This document shows positions 23,169 through 32,156 of a DNA stretch of 64,000 bases, piece by piece. Source of the stretch: Escherichia coli (GTDB lineage: Bacteria > Pseudomonadota > Gammaproteobacteria > Enterobacterales > Enterobacteriaceae); NCBI RefSeq assembly GCF_001677475.2, contig NZ_CP015229.1. One strand, 5' to 3'. The translations under genes were made by a program, and so were the position numbers. The number at the start of each line of letters is the position of its first letter. Within the stretch, counting starts at the first letter, position 1. The notes below the pieces were generated by a model. The model made no database searches. It was given only the letters and a program-made list of their open reading frames with translations, and was not told where the DNA came from.

Positions 23169-25685
23169 ATGTTACAGATAGTCGGCGCGCTGATCCTGCT
23201 GATAGCAGGATTTGCCATTCTTCGCCTTTTGTTCAGAGCATTAATCAGCACGGCTTCTGTGCTGGCAGGGCTTATATTGCTGTGTCTGTTCGGCCCGGCC
23301 TTACTGGCTGGCTATATCACCGAACGCATAACACGGTTGTTCCATATTCGCTGGCTGGCAGGCGTATTTCTGACGATTGCCGGAATGATCATCAGCTTCA
23401 TGTGGGGACTTGATGGTAAACATATCGCGCTGGAGGCTCACACCTTTGACTCTGTGAAATTTATTCTGACCACCGCTCTCGCCGGTGGTCTGCTGGCTGT
23501 TCCCCTGCAGATCAAAAACATTCAGCAGAACGGGATCACACCAGAAGATATCAGCAAGGAAATTAACGGGTATTACTGCTGTTTTTATACTGCCTTTTTC
23601 CTTATGGCATGTTCTGCATGCGCACCATTGATCGCGTTACAGTACGATATTTCACCGTCACTGATGTGGTGGGGCGGGTTGTTGTACTGGCTGGCTGCAT
23701 TAGTGACGCTGCTATGGGCGGCCAGCCAAATCCAGGCGCTGAAAAAACTGACCTGTGCCATCAGCCAGACACTGGAAGAACAACCGGTGCTCAACAGTAA
23801 ATCGTGGCTGACCAGTTTGCAAAACGATTACAGCCTTCCTGACTCACTGACGGAGCGCATCTGGCTGACGCTCATTTCTCAACGGATTTCCCGGGGAGAG
23901 CTGAGGGAATTTGAACTGGCAGACGGAAACTGGTTACTGAACAATGCCTGGTATGAAAGAAACATGGCAGGTTTTAACGAACAGTTGAAAGAGAACCTGT
24001 CATTCACACCTGATGAACTGAAAACGCTCTTCCGGAACCGCCTGAATTTATCACCGGAAGCGAATGACGATTTTCTCGATCGTTGCCTGGACGGCGGTGA
24101 CTGGTATCCCTTTTCAGAAGGTCGCCGTTTTGTATCATTCCATCACGTGGATGAGCTTCGTATCTGTGCCTCCTGCGGGCTGACAGAAGTACATCATGCC
24201 CCGGAAAATCATAAGCCGGATCCGGAATGGTACTGCTCCTCTCTTTGTCGCGAAACAGAAACACTGTGTCAGGAAATTTATGAACGCCCTTACAACTGTT
24301 TTATTTCCGATGCAACGGCGAATGGTCTGATTCTCATGAAACTGCCGGAAACCTGGAGTACAAATGAGAAAATGTTTGCTTCCGGAGGGCAGGGACATGG
24401 GTTTGCCGCTGAACGGGGAAACCATATTGTCGACAGAGTCCGTCTGAAAAACGCACGGATCCTCGGTGATAATAATGCCAGAAATGGAGCAGACAGACTG
24501 GTCAGCGGAACAGAAATCCAGACGAAATATTGTTCAACTGCAGCCCGTAGCGTCGGTGCGGCATTCGACGGACAAAACGGACAGTATCGTTACATGGGAA
24601 ATAATGGCCCCATGCAACTGGAAGTCCCCCGTGATCAGTATGCCGGCGCTGTTGAAACCATGAGGAATAAGATCCGCGAAGGTAAAGTACCCGGTGTAAC
24701 CGATCCCGCAGAAGCGTCCCGGCTGATTCGTCGGGGACATCTGACTTATACTCAGGCCCGTAATATCACCCGGTTCGGGACCATCGAATCGGTCACTTAT
24801 GATATTGCCGAGGGTTCGGTTGTCAGTCTGGCGGCCGGAGGGATCAGTTTTGCACTGACGGCATCGGTCTTCTGGCTCAGCACCAGCGATCGCGATGCAG
24901 CCCTGCAGACAGCTGCTGTCCAGGCAGGAAAAACCTTCACCCGCACACTGGCTGTCTACATCACAACCCAGCAACTCCACCGGCTCAGTGTTGTTCAGGG
25001 TATGCTGAAGCACATTGATTTTTCGACTGCCAGCCCGACTGTCCGACTGGCTCTTCAGAAGGGGACCGGTGCAGGAAATATCAGTGCCCTGAACAAAGTA
25101 ATGAAGGGTACGCTGGTGACATCTCTGGCACTGGTAGCTGTCACAACCGGCCCTGACATGATCAAAATGTTGCGGGGACGGATCTCCGGTGCGCAGTTCA
25201 TCAGGAATCTTGCCGTGGCATCTTCCGGTGTGGCAGGTGGTGCTGTCGGGTCAGTGGCGGGCGGAATACTGTTCAGTCCACTGGGACCATTTGGTGCACT
25301 GACAGGGCGTGTGGTTGGCGGTGTTCTGGGGGGAATGATTGCCTCCGCTGTATCAGGAAAAATTGCCGGAGCGCTGGTTGAAGAAGATCGCGTCAAAATT
25401 CTGGCAATGATTCAGGAGCAGGTGACATGGCTTGCCGGCAGTTTCCTGCTGACCGGACATGAGATTGAAAATCTGAACGAGAATCTGGCCCGTGTTATCG
25501 ATCAGAATGCTCTGGAGATCATTTTCGCCGCCGGTATACAACAACGGGCCGCGACCAATATGTTAATCAAACCACTGGTGGTCAGTATCATCAGGCAACG
25601 CCCCGTCATGGAATATGATGCATCCCATCTCGGCAATATGGTTAACCGACTGGAAGAAGCATTACCCCCGGAGTTACCGGCATAA
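23169..25685 (+). CDS. YeeR-like inner-membrane protein (uncharacterised)
   Basis: About 838 aa; several N-terminal hydrophobic helices, central Cys cluster CASCGLTEVHH...YCSSLC, Gly-rich C-terminal helices (GVAGGAVGSVAGGILF...VVGGVLGGMIASAVSG); position right after flu as for yeeR. Confidence 0.5.
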   Translation: MLQIVGALILLIAGFAILRLLFRALISTASVLAGLILLCLFGPALLAGYITERITRLFHIRWLAGVFLTIAGMIISFMWGLDGKHIALEAHTFDSVKFILTTALAGGLLAVPLQIKNIQQNGITPEDISKEINGYYCCFYTAFFLMACSACAPLIALQYDISPSLMWWGGLLYWLAALVTLLWAASQIQALKKLTCAISQTLEEQPVLNSKSWLTSLQNDYSLPDSLTERIWLTLISQRISRGELREFELADGNWLLNNAWYERNMAGFNEQLKENLSFTPDELKTLFRNRLNLSPEANDDFLDRCLDGGDWYPFSEGRRFVSFHHVDELRICASCGLTEVHHAPENHKPDPEWYCSSLCRETETLCQEIYERPYNCFISDATANGLILMKLPETWSTNEKMFASGGQGHGFAAERGNHIVDRVRLKNARILGDNNARNGADRLVSGTEIQTKYCSTAARSVGAAFDGQNGQYRYMGNNGPMQLEVPRDQYAGAVETMRNKIREGKVPGVTDPAEASRLIRRGHLTYTQARNITRFGTIESVTYDIAEGSVVSLAAGGISFALTASVFWLSTSDRDAALQTAAVQAGKTFTRTLAVYITTQQLHRLSVVQGMLKHIDFSTASPTVRLALQKGTGAGNISALNKVMKGTLVTSLALVAVTTGPDMIKMLRGRISGAQFIRNLAVASSGVAGGAVGSVAGGILFSPLGPFGALTGRVVGGVLGGMIASAVSGKIAGALVEEDRVKILAMIQEQVTWLAGSFLLTGHEIENLNENLARVIDQNALEIIFAAGIQQRAATNMLIKPLVVSIIRQRPVMEYDASHLGNMVNRLEEALPPELPA

Positions 25686-25760
25686 CGGCTATTCTGCGCC
25701 TTTTACGTTTTATCACCTGATTTGTCAGTGTCATCGTCATGACTCAGAGAGGTAAATACC

Positions 25761-26216
25761 ATGATTCACCTGTTCAAAACCTGCATGATTACCGCCTTCA
25801 TTCTGGGGTTAACGTGGTCTGCCCCACTCCGGGCACAGGATCAACGTTACATCAGTATACGCAATACAGATACGATATGGCTCCCGGGAAATATTTGTGC
25901 TTACCAGTTCCGGCTGGATAATGGCGGAAACGATGAAGGATTTGGCCCCCTCACCATCACTCTGCAACTCAAAGACAAATATGGTCAGACGCTGGTGACC
26001 AGAAAAATGGAAACGGAAGCTTTTGGTGACAGTAATGCCACGCGAACCACAGACGCATTTCTGGAAACGGAGTGCGTGGAAAATATCGCCACAACCGAAA
26101 TCATTAAAGCAACTGAAGAAAGTAACGGCCATCGTGTCAGTCTGCCGTTATCGGTTTTCGATCCCCAGGACTACCATCCACTGCTAATTACCGTTTCCGG
26201 AAAAAACGTTAACTGA
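25761..26216 (+). CDS. Secreted hypothetical protein
   Basis: 151 aa with signal-peptide-like MIHLFKTCMITAFILGLTWSAPLRA; RBS AGAGAGG upstream. Confidence 0.45.
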   Translation: MIHLFKTCMITAFILGLTWSAPLRAQDQRYISIRNTDTIWLPGNICAYQFRLDNGGNDEGFGPLTITLQLKDKYGQTLVTRKMETEAFGDSNATRTTDAFLETECVENIATTEIIKATEESNGHRVSLPLSVFDPQDYHPLLITVSGKNVN

Positions 26217-26294
26217 TCCCTGAACTCAGTTTCATGCTTCAGCCTCTGTCACAACGCGTGGCAGAGGCTTTTTATTTATCAGGAGAAAACAGAT

Positions 26295-26528
26295 ATGCCG
26301 GGTTACACAGAGTATGTTCTGGCTGAAGGATCTTTCTCATACGGGCAGGCGGTTGCTGTCATAACAGCTTACCGCAATGTGTTTATCCAGAATGACCCGG
26401 GAATGCATTTCCGTTGGGTTATCCGCAACGCGGAAGGTCAGCGACGCTGGAGCTACCGGAATTCTGAACCCGATGCCGGAAAGGTGCTTAATACGCAGCT
26501 CGCCAGTGACGGTCTTCTCAGACAATAA
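26295..26528 (+). CDS. DUF905-type small protein (YkfF-like)
   Basis: 77 aa [30 protein letters not shown]...; AGGAG RBS; typical member of this island module as recalled. Confidence 0.5.
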   Translation: MPGYTEYVLAEGSFSYGQAVAVITAYRNVFIQNDPGMHFRWVIRNAEGQRRWSYRNSEPDAGKVLNTQLASDGLLRQ

Positions 26529-26627
26529 ACGTCATTCATTTCACCCATCAGGCCGCGTCTTCTCCGGGAGACGTGGCTTTTTCATTTATTACACCAGTAA
26601 ATCTTAACCACCGATAAGGAGCAAATT

Positions 26628-27446
26628 ATGCGACTAGCCAGTCGTTTTGGTTATGCGAACCAGATACGCCGTGACCGTCCGCTGACACACGAAGAACTGA
26701 TGCACTATGTTCCCGGTATTTTCGGTGAAGACCGGCATACTTCCCGCAGTAAACGATATGCGTACATTCCCACTATCACCGTACTGGAAAGCCTGCAGCA
26801 GGAAGGTTTTCAGCCATTCTTCGCCTGCCAGACCCGCGTGCGCGACCCGGGCCGCCGGGGATACACCAAACACATGCTGCGTCTGCGCCGTGACGGGGAG
26901 ATAAACGGACAACATGTCCCTGAAATCATCCTGCTGAACTCCCATGACGGTACCTCCAGCTACCAGATGCTGCCGGGTTACTTCAGGTTCGTCTGCCAGA
27001 ACGGATGCGTCTGTGGTCAGTCTCTGGGGGAAGTGCGTGTTCCACACCGGGGAAATGTAGTGGAGAAAGTTATCGAAGGGGCTTACGAGGTGGTGGGCGT
27101 GTTTGACCGGATAGAGGAGAAGCGTGATGCCATGCAGTCTCTGGTTCTGCCGCCACCGGCACGCCAGGCGCTGGCACAGGCGGCACTGACTTACCGTTAT
27201 GGTGACGAACATCAGCCGGTCACCACCGCTGACATTCTGACACCACGACGCAGGGAGGATTACGGTAAGGACCTGTGGAGCGCATATCAGACCATCCAGG
27301 AGAATATGCTGAAAGGCGGAATTTCCGGTCGCAGTGCCAGAGGAAAACGTATCCACACCCGTGCCATTCACAGCATCGACACGGACATTAAGCTCAATCG
27401 CGCATTGTGGGTGATGGCAGAAACACTGCTGAAGAGTATGCGCTGA
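26628..27446 (+). CDS. DUF932-type protein (YafZ/YfjQ-like)
   Basis: 272 aa; family resemblance to YafZ/YfjQ from cryptic-prophage modules, from memory. Confidence 0.55.
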   Translation: MRLASRFGYANQIRRDRPLTHEELMHYVPGIFGEDRHTSRSKRYAYIPTITVLESLQQEGFQPFFACQTRVRDPGRRGYTKHMLRLRRDGEINGQHVPEIILLNSHDGTSSYQMLPGYFRFVCQNGCVCGQSLGEVRVPHRGNVVEKVIEGAYEVVGVFDRIEEKRDAMQSLVLPPPARQALAQAALTYRYGDEHQPVTTADILTPRRREDYGKDLWSAYQTIQENMLKGGISGRSARGKRIHTRAIHSIDTDIKLNRALWVMAETLLKSMR

Positions 27447-27536
27447 TGCCTTTTCCCTGAAAGCGCAGTTCTGACTCATGTCCGTCCCTGCCCCGCGACT
27501 TCTTCCATTCATTTACTTTTTATAAGGAATAATCTC

Positions 27537-28022
27537 ATGACAACCGTTTCGCATAATTCCACCACACCTTCTGTTTCCGTAACCGCTGTATCAGAGAATA
27601 ACCCGCCTCAACTGGTTGCCACCCTCGTCCCTGATGAACAGCGCATCAGCTTCTGGCCGCAGCACTTTGGCCTCATTCCACAGTGGGTGACCCTGGAGCC
27701 CCGTGTCTTCGGCTGGATGGACCGTCTGTGCGAAGACTACTGCGGTGGTATCTGGAATCTGTACACCCTGAACAACGGCGGGGCATTTATGGCACCCGAA
27801 CCGGATGACGATGATGACGAAGCATGGGTACTGTTCAATGCCATGAACGGTAACCGCGCTGAAATGAGCCCGGAAGCCGCCGGCATTGCTGCCTGTCTGA
27901 TGACGTACAGTCATCATGCCTGTCGTACGGAGAATTATGCCATGACAGTTCATTATTACCGGCTGCGGGATTACGCCCTGCAGCATCCGGAATGCAGCGC
28001 CATTATGCGCATCATCGACTGA
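27537..28022 (+). CDS. Antirestriction protein (KlcA/ArdB-like; YfjX/YafX type)
   Basis: 161 aa with acidic stretch PEPDDDDDEAW and conserved position immediately upstream of the RadC-like gene. Confidence 0.6.
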   Translation: MTTVSHNSTTPSVSVTAVSENNPPQLVATLVPDEQRISFWPQHFGLIPQWVTLEPRVFGWMDRLCEDYCGGIWNLYTLNNGGAFMAPEPDDDDDEAWVLFNAMNGNRAEMSPEAAGIAACLMTYSHHACRTENYAMTVHYYRLRDYALQHPECSAIMRIID

Positions 28023-28037
28023 ATGGAGGCAGGGACA

Positions 28038-28514
28038 ATGCAGCAGCTTTCCTTTCTGCCCGGAGAGATGACGCCCGGCGAGCGCAGTCTCATTCTGCGG
28101 GCCCTGAAAACCCTGGACCGCCATCTTCATGAACCCGGCGTGGCCTTCACCTCCACCCGTGCAGCACGGGAATGGCTGATTCTGAACATGGCGGGACTGG
28201 AGCGTGAAGAGTTCCGGGTGCTGTATCTGAACAACCAGAATCAGCTGATTGCCGGTGAAACCCTCTTCACCGGCACCATCAACCGCACGGAAGTCCATCC
28301 CCAGGAAGTGATTAAACGCGCCCTGTATCACAATGCCGCTGCTGTGGTGCTGGCACACAATCACCCGTCCGGTGAAGTCACCCCCAGCAAGGCAGACCGC
28401 CTTATCACGGAACGTCTGGTACAGGCACTGGGCCTGGTGGATATCCGGGTGCCGGACCATCTGATAGTCGGTGGCAGCCAGGTTTTCTCCTTTGCCGAAC
28501 ACGGTCTGCTTTAA
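28038..28514 (+). CDS. RadC-like JAB/MPN-domain protein (YeeS/YfjY/YkfG type)
   Basis: JAMM-like motif HNHPSGEVTPSKAD; GGAGG RBS 8 nt upstream of the ATG at 28038. Confidence 0.7.
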   Translation: MQQLSFLPGEMTPGERSLILRALKTLDRHLHEPGVAFTSTRAAREWLILNMAGLEREEFRVLYLNNQNQLIAGETLFTGTINRTEVHPQEVIKRALYHNAAAVVLAHNHPSGEVTPSKADRLITERLVQALGLVDIRVPDHLIVGGSQVFSFAEHGLL

Positions 28515-28582
28515 CCCGTCACCGTCACAACTACATCACACTTGTTTTCACTTTTATCTTCTGTCTTCAGAGGTATCCCATC

Positions 28583-28804
28583 ATGAAAATTATCACCCGT
28601 GGTGAAGCCATGCGTATTCACCAACAGCATCCTGCATCCCGTCTTTTTCCGTTCTGTACCGGTAAGTACCGCTGGCACGGCAGCGCTGAAGCGTATACCG
28701 GTCGTGAAGTGCAGGATATTCCCGGCGTTCTTGCCGTGTTTGCTGAACGCCGTAAGGACAGTTTTGGCCCGTATGTCCGGCTGATGAGCGTCACCCTGAA
28801 CTAA
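28583..28804 (+). CDS. DUF987 protein (YeeT-like)
   Basis: 73 aa; position between the RadC-like and antitoxin genes as in CP4-44. Confidence 0.6.
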   Translation: MKIITRGEAMRIHQQHPASRLFPFCTGKYRWHGSAEAYTGREVQDIPGVLAVFAERRKDSFGPYVRLMSVTLN

Positions 28805-28882
28805 GTCAGGAAGGGCATTCTGATGAGCCGAATTATCGCCACCATTGAACTATTCTTAACTGATTTCTGTGAGGACTTTATC

Positions 28883-29251
28883 GTGTCAGACACACTGCCC
28901 GGGACAACGCATCCCGACAACAACAACGACCGCCCCTGGTGGGGGCTACCCTGCACCGTGACGCCCTGTTTCGGTGCACGTCTGGTGCAGGAGGGTAACC
29001 GGTTGCATTACCTTGCAGACCGCGCCGGTATCAGAGGCCGGTTCAGCGACGCGGATTCGTACCACCTGGACCAGGCCTTTCCGCTGCTGATGAAACAACT
29101 GGAGCTCATGCTCACCAGCGGTGAACTGAATCCCCGCCATCAGCATACCGTGACACTGTATGCGAAGGGGCTGACCTGCGAAGCCGACACCTTCGGCTCC
29201 TGTGATTACGTTTATCTGGCTGTTTATCCGACGCCCGAAACGAAAAAGTAA
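28883..29251 (+). CDS. cbeA: CbeA (YeeU)-type antitoxin of a type IV toxin-antitoxin pair
   Basis: 122 aa from GTG at 28883: [51 protein letters not shown]...; directly upstream of the CbtA-like gene. Confidence 0.75.
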   Translation: MSDTLPGTTHPDNNNDRPWWGLPCTVTPCFGARLVQEGNRLHYLADRAGIRGRFSDADSYHLDQAFPLLMKQLELMLTSGELNPRHQHTVTLYAKGLTCEADTFGSCDYVYLAVYPTPETKK

Positions 29252-29340
29252 ACCACCGGAATAACCCTCTGCTCCGGCCTGGTGTTTTCACCACGCCACT
29301 GTCCCATTTTTTATCTCTGCATATCAGGAAAATCTTCAGT

Positions 29341-29715
29341 ATGAAAACATTACCCGACACGCATGTACGGGAGGCATCGAGCTGCCCGTCTCCCGTCACC
29401 ATCTGGCAGACACTGCTCACCCGGTTACTGGACCAGCATTACAGCCTTACGCTGAATGACACACCGTTCGCGGATGAACGTGTGATTGAGCAGCATATTG
29501 AGGCAGGCATTTCACTGTGTGATGCGGTGAATTTTCTCGTGGAAAAATACGCGCTGGTGCGTACCGACCAGCCGGGATTCAACACTTGTCCCCGCTCTCA
29601 GTTAATAAACAGTATTGATATCCTCCGGGCTCGCCGGGCGACCGGCCTGATGACCCGCGACAATTACAGAACAGTAAATAACATTACCCTTGGTAAGCAT
29701 CCGGAGAAACGATGA
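29341..29715 (+). CDS. cbtA: CbtA (YeeV)-type toxin (cytoskeleton-targeting)
   Basis: 124 aa [70 protein letters not shown]...; classic CbtA family sequence. Confidence 0.8.
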   Translation: MKTLPDTHVREASSCPSPVTIWQTLLTRLLDQHYSLTLNDTPFADERVIEQHIEAGISLCDAVNFLVEKYALVRTDQPGFNTCPRSQLINSIDILRARRATGLMTRDNYRTVNNITLGKHPEKR

Positions 29716-30200
29716 AACTGGCCCTGATGCTGGAAGCCGACAGCATTAATGTGCAGGCACTGAACATGGGGCGAATTGTCGTTGACGTCGATGGTGTTAA
29801 TCTCACTGAACTGATTAACAAGGTCGCTGAAAACGGTTATTCACTCCGCGTGGTGGAGGAATCCGACCAACAGTCAACCTGCACACTACCACCGTTTGCA
29901 ACCCTTGCCGGCATACGCTGCAGTACCGCACATATCACGGAAAAGGATAACGCCTGGCTGTACTCGCTGTCACACCAGACCAGTGACTTCGGTGAATCAG
30001 AATGGATTCATTTCACAGGTAGCGGATATCTGTTACGTACCGATGCGTGGTCATATCCGGTTCTGCGGCTTAAACGCCTGGGGCTGTCAAAAACGTTCCG
30101 TCGTCTGGTTGTCACACTCATCCAACGTTATGGCGTCAGTCTCATTCATCTGGATGCCAGCGCTGAATGTCTGCCGGACCTGCCCACTTTCGACTGGTAA
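29712..30200 (+). CDS. YeeW-like hypothetical protein
   Basis: 162 aa; start overlaps cbtA stop; GGAG RBS. Confidence 0.45.
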   Translation: MKLALMLEADSINVQALNMGRIVVDVDGVNLTELINKVAENGYSLRVVEESDQQSTCTLPPFATLAGIRCSTAHITEKDNAWLYSLSHQTSDFGESEWIHFTGSGYLLRTDAWSYPVLRLKRLGLSKTFRRLVVTLIQRYGVSLIHLDASAECLPDLPTFDW

Positions 30201-30211
30201 CCAGGAACAAC

Positions 30212-30409
30212 ATGAAATCATTAACCACGGAAACCGCACTGGATATTCTGATTGCGTGGCTACAGGACAATATCGACTGCGAATCGGGAATTATCTTTGA
30301 CAACGATGAGGATAGAACGGATTCGGCAGCACTGTTGCCCTGTATCGAACAGGCCAGAGAGGATGTCCGTACCCTGCGTCAGCTGCAGTTTCTGCAACAG
30401 AACCGGTGA
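30212..30409 (+). CDS. Small hypothetical protein
   Basis: 65 aa from ATG at 30212 with AGGA upstream; followed by a terminator hairpin. Confidence 0.35.
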   Translation: MKSLTTETALDILIAWLQDNIDCESGIIFDNDEDRTDSAALLPCIEQAREDVRTLRQLQFLQQNR

Positions 30410-30438
30410 GTCTTACTCACCAGACTTCATTCCACTGA

Positions 30439-30470
30439 CGCCAGCCTGAATACGGCTGGCGTTTTCGTTT
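30439..30470 (+). terminator. Rho-independent terminator-like hairpin
   Basis: CGCCAGCC-tgaatac-GGCTGGCG followed by TTTTCGTTT. Confidence 0.5.
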
Positions 30471-30493
30471 ATCTGCAAAAAGGAATATCGATT

Positions 30494-31336
30494 ATGTCTG
30501 AAATCACAGCCTCTCGTCCGGAAGTGGTCAACGGGCATACGGACGTTATCTGCTCAACCAGTATCCGCCACATTCTGGCTGTACGAAAGAGTACATTGCT
30601 GCAAATCGACACACTTATCCGACAACTGGCTGAAATATCAGCAATGACAGAAAGTATTAGAGGTAAAACGGCTCTGGACTGGGCCATGAAACAGGATTTT
30701 CGCTGCGGTTGCTGGCTGATGGAGAAACCGGAAACCACAATGAAAGCCATCACACGCAATCTTGATCGCGAACTCTGGCGTGATCTGATGCAACGTTCCG
30801 GGATGCTGAGTCTGATGGATGCGCAGACCCGGGACACATGGTACAGGTCACTGGAATATGATAATTTTCCGGAAATCAGCGAAGCGAACATTCTGAGCAC
30901 ATTTGAACAACTGCACCAGAACAAAGATGAAGTGTTTGAACGGGGAGTGATCAACGTCTTCAAAGGGCTGAGCTGGGATTACAAAACCAACTCACCCTGT
31001 AAATTTGGCAGTAAAATTATCGTCAACAATCTGGTGAGGTGGGACCAGTGGGGATTTCATCTTATCAGTGGAATGCAGGCAGATCGCCTGGCTGACCTGG
31101 AAAGAATGTTGCATCTGCTCAGAGGAAAACCGATCCCCGACAACCGGGGGAATATCACCATTAATCTGGATGACCACATACAGTCCGTTCAGGGTAAAGG
31201 ACGCTATGAAGATGAGATGTTCATCATTAAATACTTTAAGAAGGGATCTGCACACATCACTTTCAAAAGGCTGGAGCTGATTGACAGAATTAACGATATA
31301 ATAGCCAGGCACTTTCCTTCTGTGCTCTCAGCCTGA
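30494..31336 (+). CDS. DUF4942-like hypothetical protein at the island terminus
   Basis: 280 aa; AGGA RBS; last gene before the tRNA-Phe-derived junction; family call from memory. Confidence 0.45.
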   Translation: MSEITASRPEVVNGHTDVICSTSIRHILAVRKSTLLQIDTLIRQLAEISAMTESIRGKTALDWAMKQDFRCGCWLMEKPETTMKAITRNLDRELWRDLMQRSGMLSLMDAQTRDTWYRSLEYDNFPEISEANILSTFEQLHQNKDEVFERGVINVFKGLSWDYKTNSPCKFGSKIIVNNLVRWDQWGFHLISGMQADRLADLERMLHLLRGKPIPDNRGNITINLDDHIQSVQGKGRYEDEMFIIKYFKKGSAHITFKRLELIDRINDIIARHFPSVLSA

Positions 31337-31446
31337 CCCCGAGTTTGATTCCCTTTCGATATCAAAAGGGACTGCGGGTACAAAAGAGGGTACATCTTTC
31401 ACCAAACCAAACAAAATAAACTAATATCAACATGATAGAAGCATTC

Positions 31447-31468
31447 TTCGATTCCGAGTCCGGCACCA
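31447..31468 (+). repeat. Remnant of tRNA-Phe 3' end (T-arm, acceptor stem, CCA): island attR-type direct repeat
   Basis: TTCGATTCCGAGTCCGGCACCA matches the 3' end of E. coli tRNA-Phe except for one missing G in the acceptor stem (from memory); no upstream D or anticodon arm, so not a complete tRNA. Confidence 0.6.
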
Positions 31469-31482
31469 CTAATTCTTAAGAA

Positions 31483-31504
31483 CCCGCCCACAAGGCGGGT
31501 TTTT
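31483..31504 (+). terminator. Rho-independent terminator
   Basis: CCCGCC-cacaa-GGCGGG followed by TTTTT, immediately after the tRNA-derived repeat. Confidence 0.55.
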
Positions 31505-31560
31505 GCTTTTGGATCTGACAATAACCTTCACGAAAAAAATTAGCTTATAAAGTCTGGGGG

Positions 31561-31598
31561 AATTACTCTCGCCACGTTAACGAGAGTAATTTTATTGA
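31561..31598 (+). terminator. Strong hairpin (11-bp perfect stem) with T-rich tail
   Basis: AATTACTCTCG-ccacgttaa-CGAGAGTAATT then TTATTGAT; lies between the island junction and the gspM stop. Confidence 0.4.
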
Positions 31599-31615
31599 TA
31601 TTAATCTCCTGATAC

Positions 31616-32152
31616 TTACCCCCCTCCAAATTCCAGCCGCTGCACATTCACCATCCCTGGCTTCTCACCTACGCTGACATCAATTTGTGTCACCCGCAGC
31701 GCATATTTTTCATCCAGTGCGTTTAACCATTTCAGCAGGTCATTAAACACCACAGGTTCTATCCAGACCTGAATATTCTCCCCACGCTCGGCTATCCGCT
31801 TGATGACCACCGAGTGCGCGGAAGCACTGTCACTGATGACCCGCGATACCTGCGCAGGCGTTGTTGTGGCAGATTTTCGCGCTGCAATAATATCCGGCGC
31901 GGCGCTCTTCAGTCGCGCGTTCATCGCCACCAGCTGCTGCAACATCGTCTCCTGTTGTTCTATCCGTTCGCTCAACGGCTGCCAGATGAGGACGCAATAT
32001 CCGGCGCTAAACAGGAACACCACCGCTGCCAGTAACATGCCCTTTTCACGCGGAGAACGCCCCGCCAGGTGTTGTGTCAGCCAGTGTTCGCCACGGCTTA
32101 ACTGGCGTTCACGCCATTGCTGAAAATAGTGAATAAATTTATCGCGTAACAT
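31616..32152 (-). CDS. gspM: Type II secretion system protein M
   Basis: 178 aa, single N-terminal TM helix; last gene of the gsp operon. Confidence 0.75.
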   Translation of the reverse strand: MLRDKFIHYFQQWRERQLSRGEHWLTQHLAGRSPREKGMLLAAVVFLFSAGYCVLIWQPLSERIEQQETMLQQLVAMNARLKSAAPDIIAARKSATTTPAQVSRVISDSASAHSVVIKRIAERGENIQVWIEPVVFNDLLKWLNALDEKYALRVTQIDVSVGEKPGMVNVQRLEFGGG

Positions 32153-32156
32153 GTTA

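Noticed and set aside
26634-28502. Two long minus-strand ORFs (292 and 303 aa) across the DUF932/antirestriction/RadC genes
   Set aside because: Antisense to a conserved, translationally coupled plus-strand gene array; compositionally odd (Gln/His/Gly-rich).
31441-31470. Possible complete tRNA gene
   Set aside because: Only the 3' about 22 nt of tRNA-Phe are present; no D-arm or anticodon arm upstream, so this is an att-site remnant.
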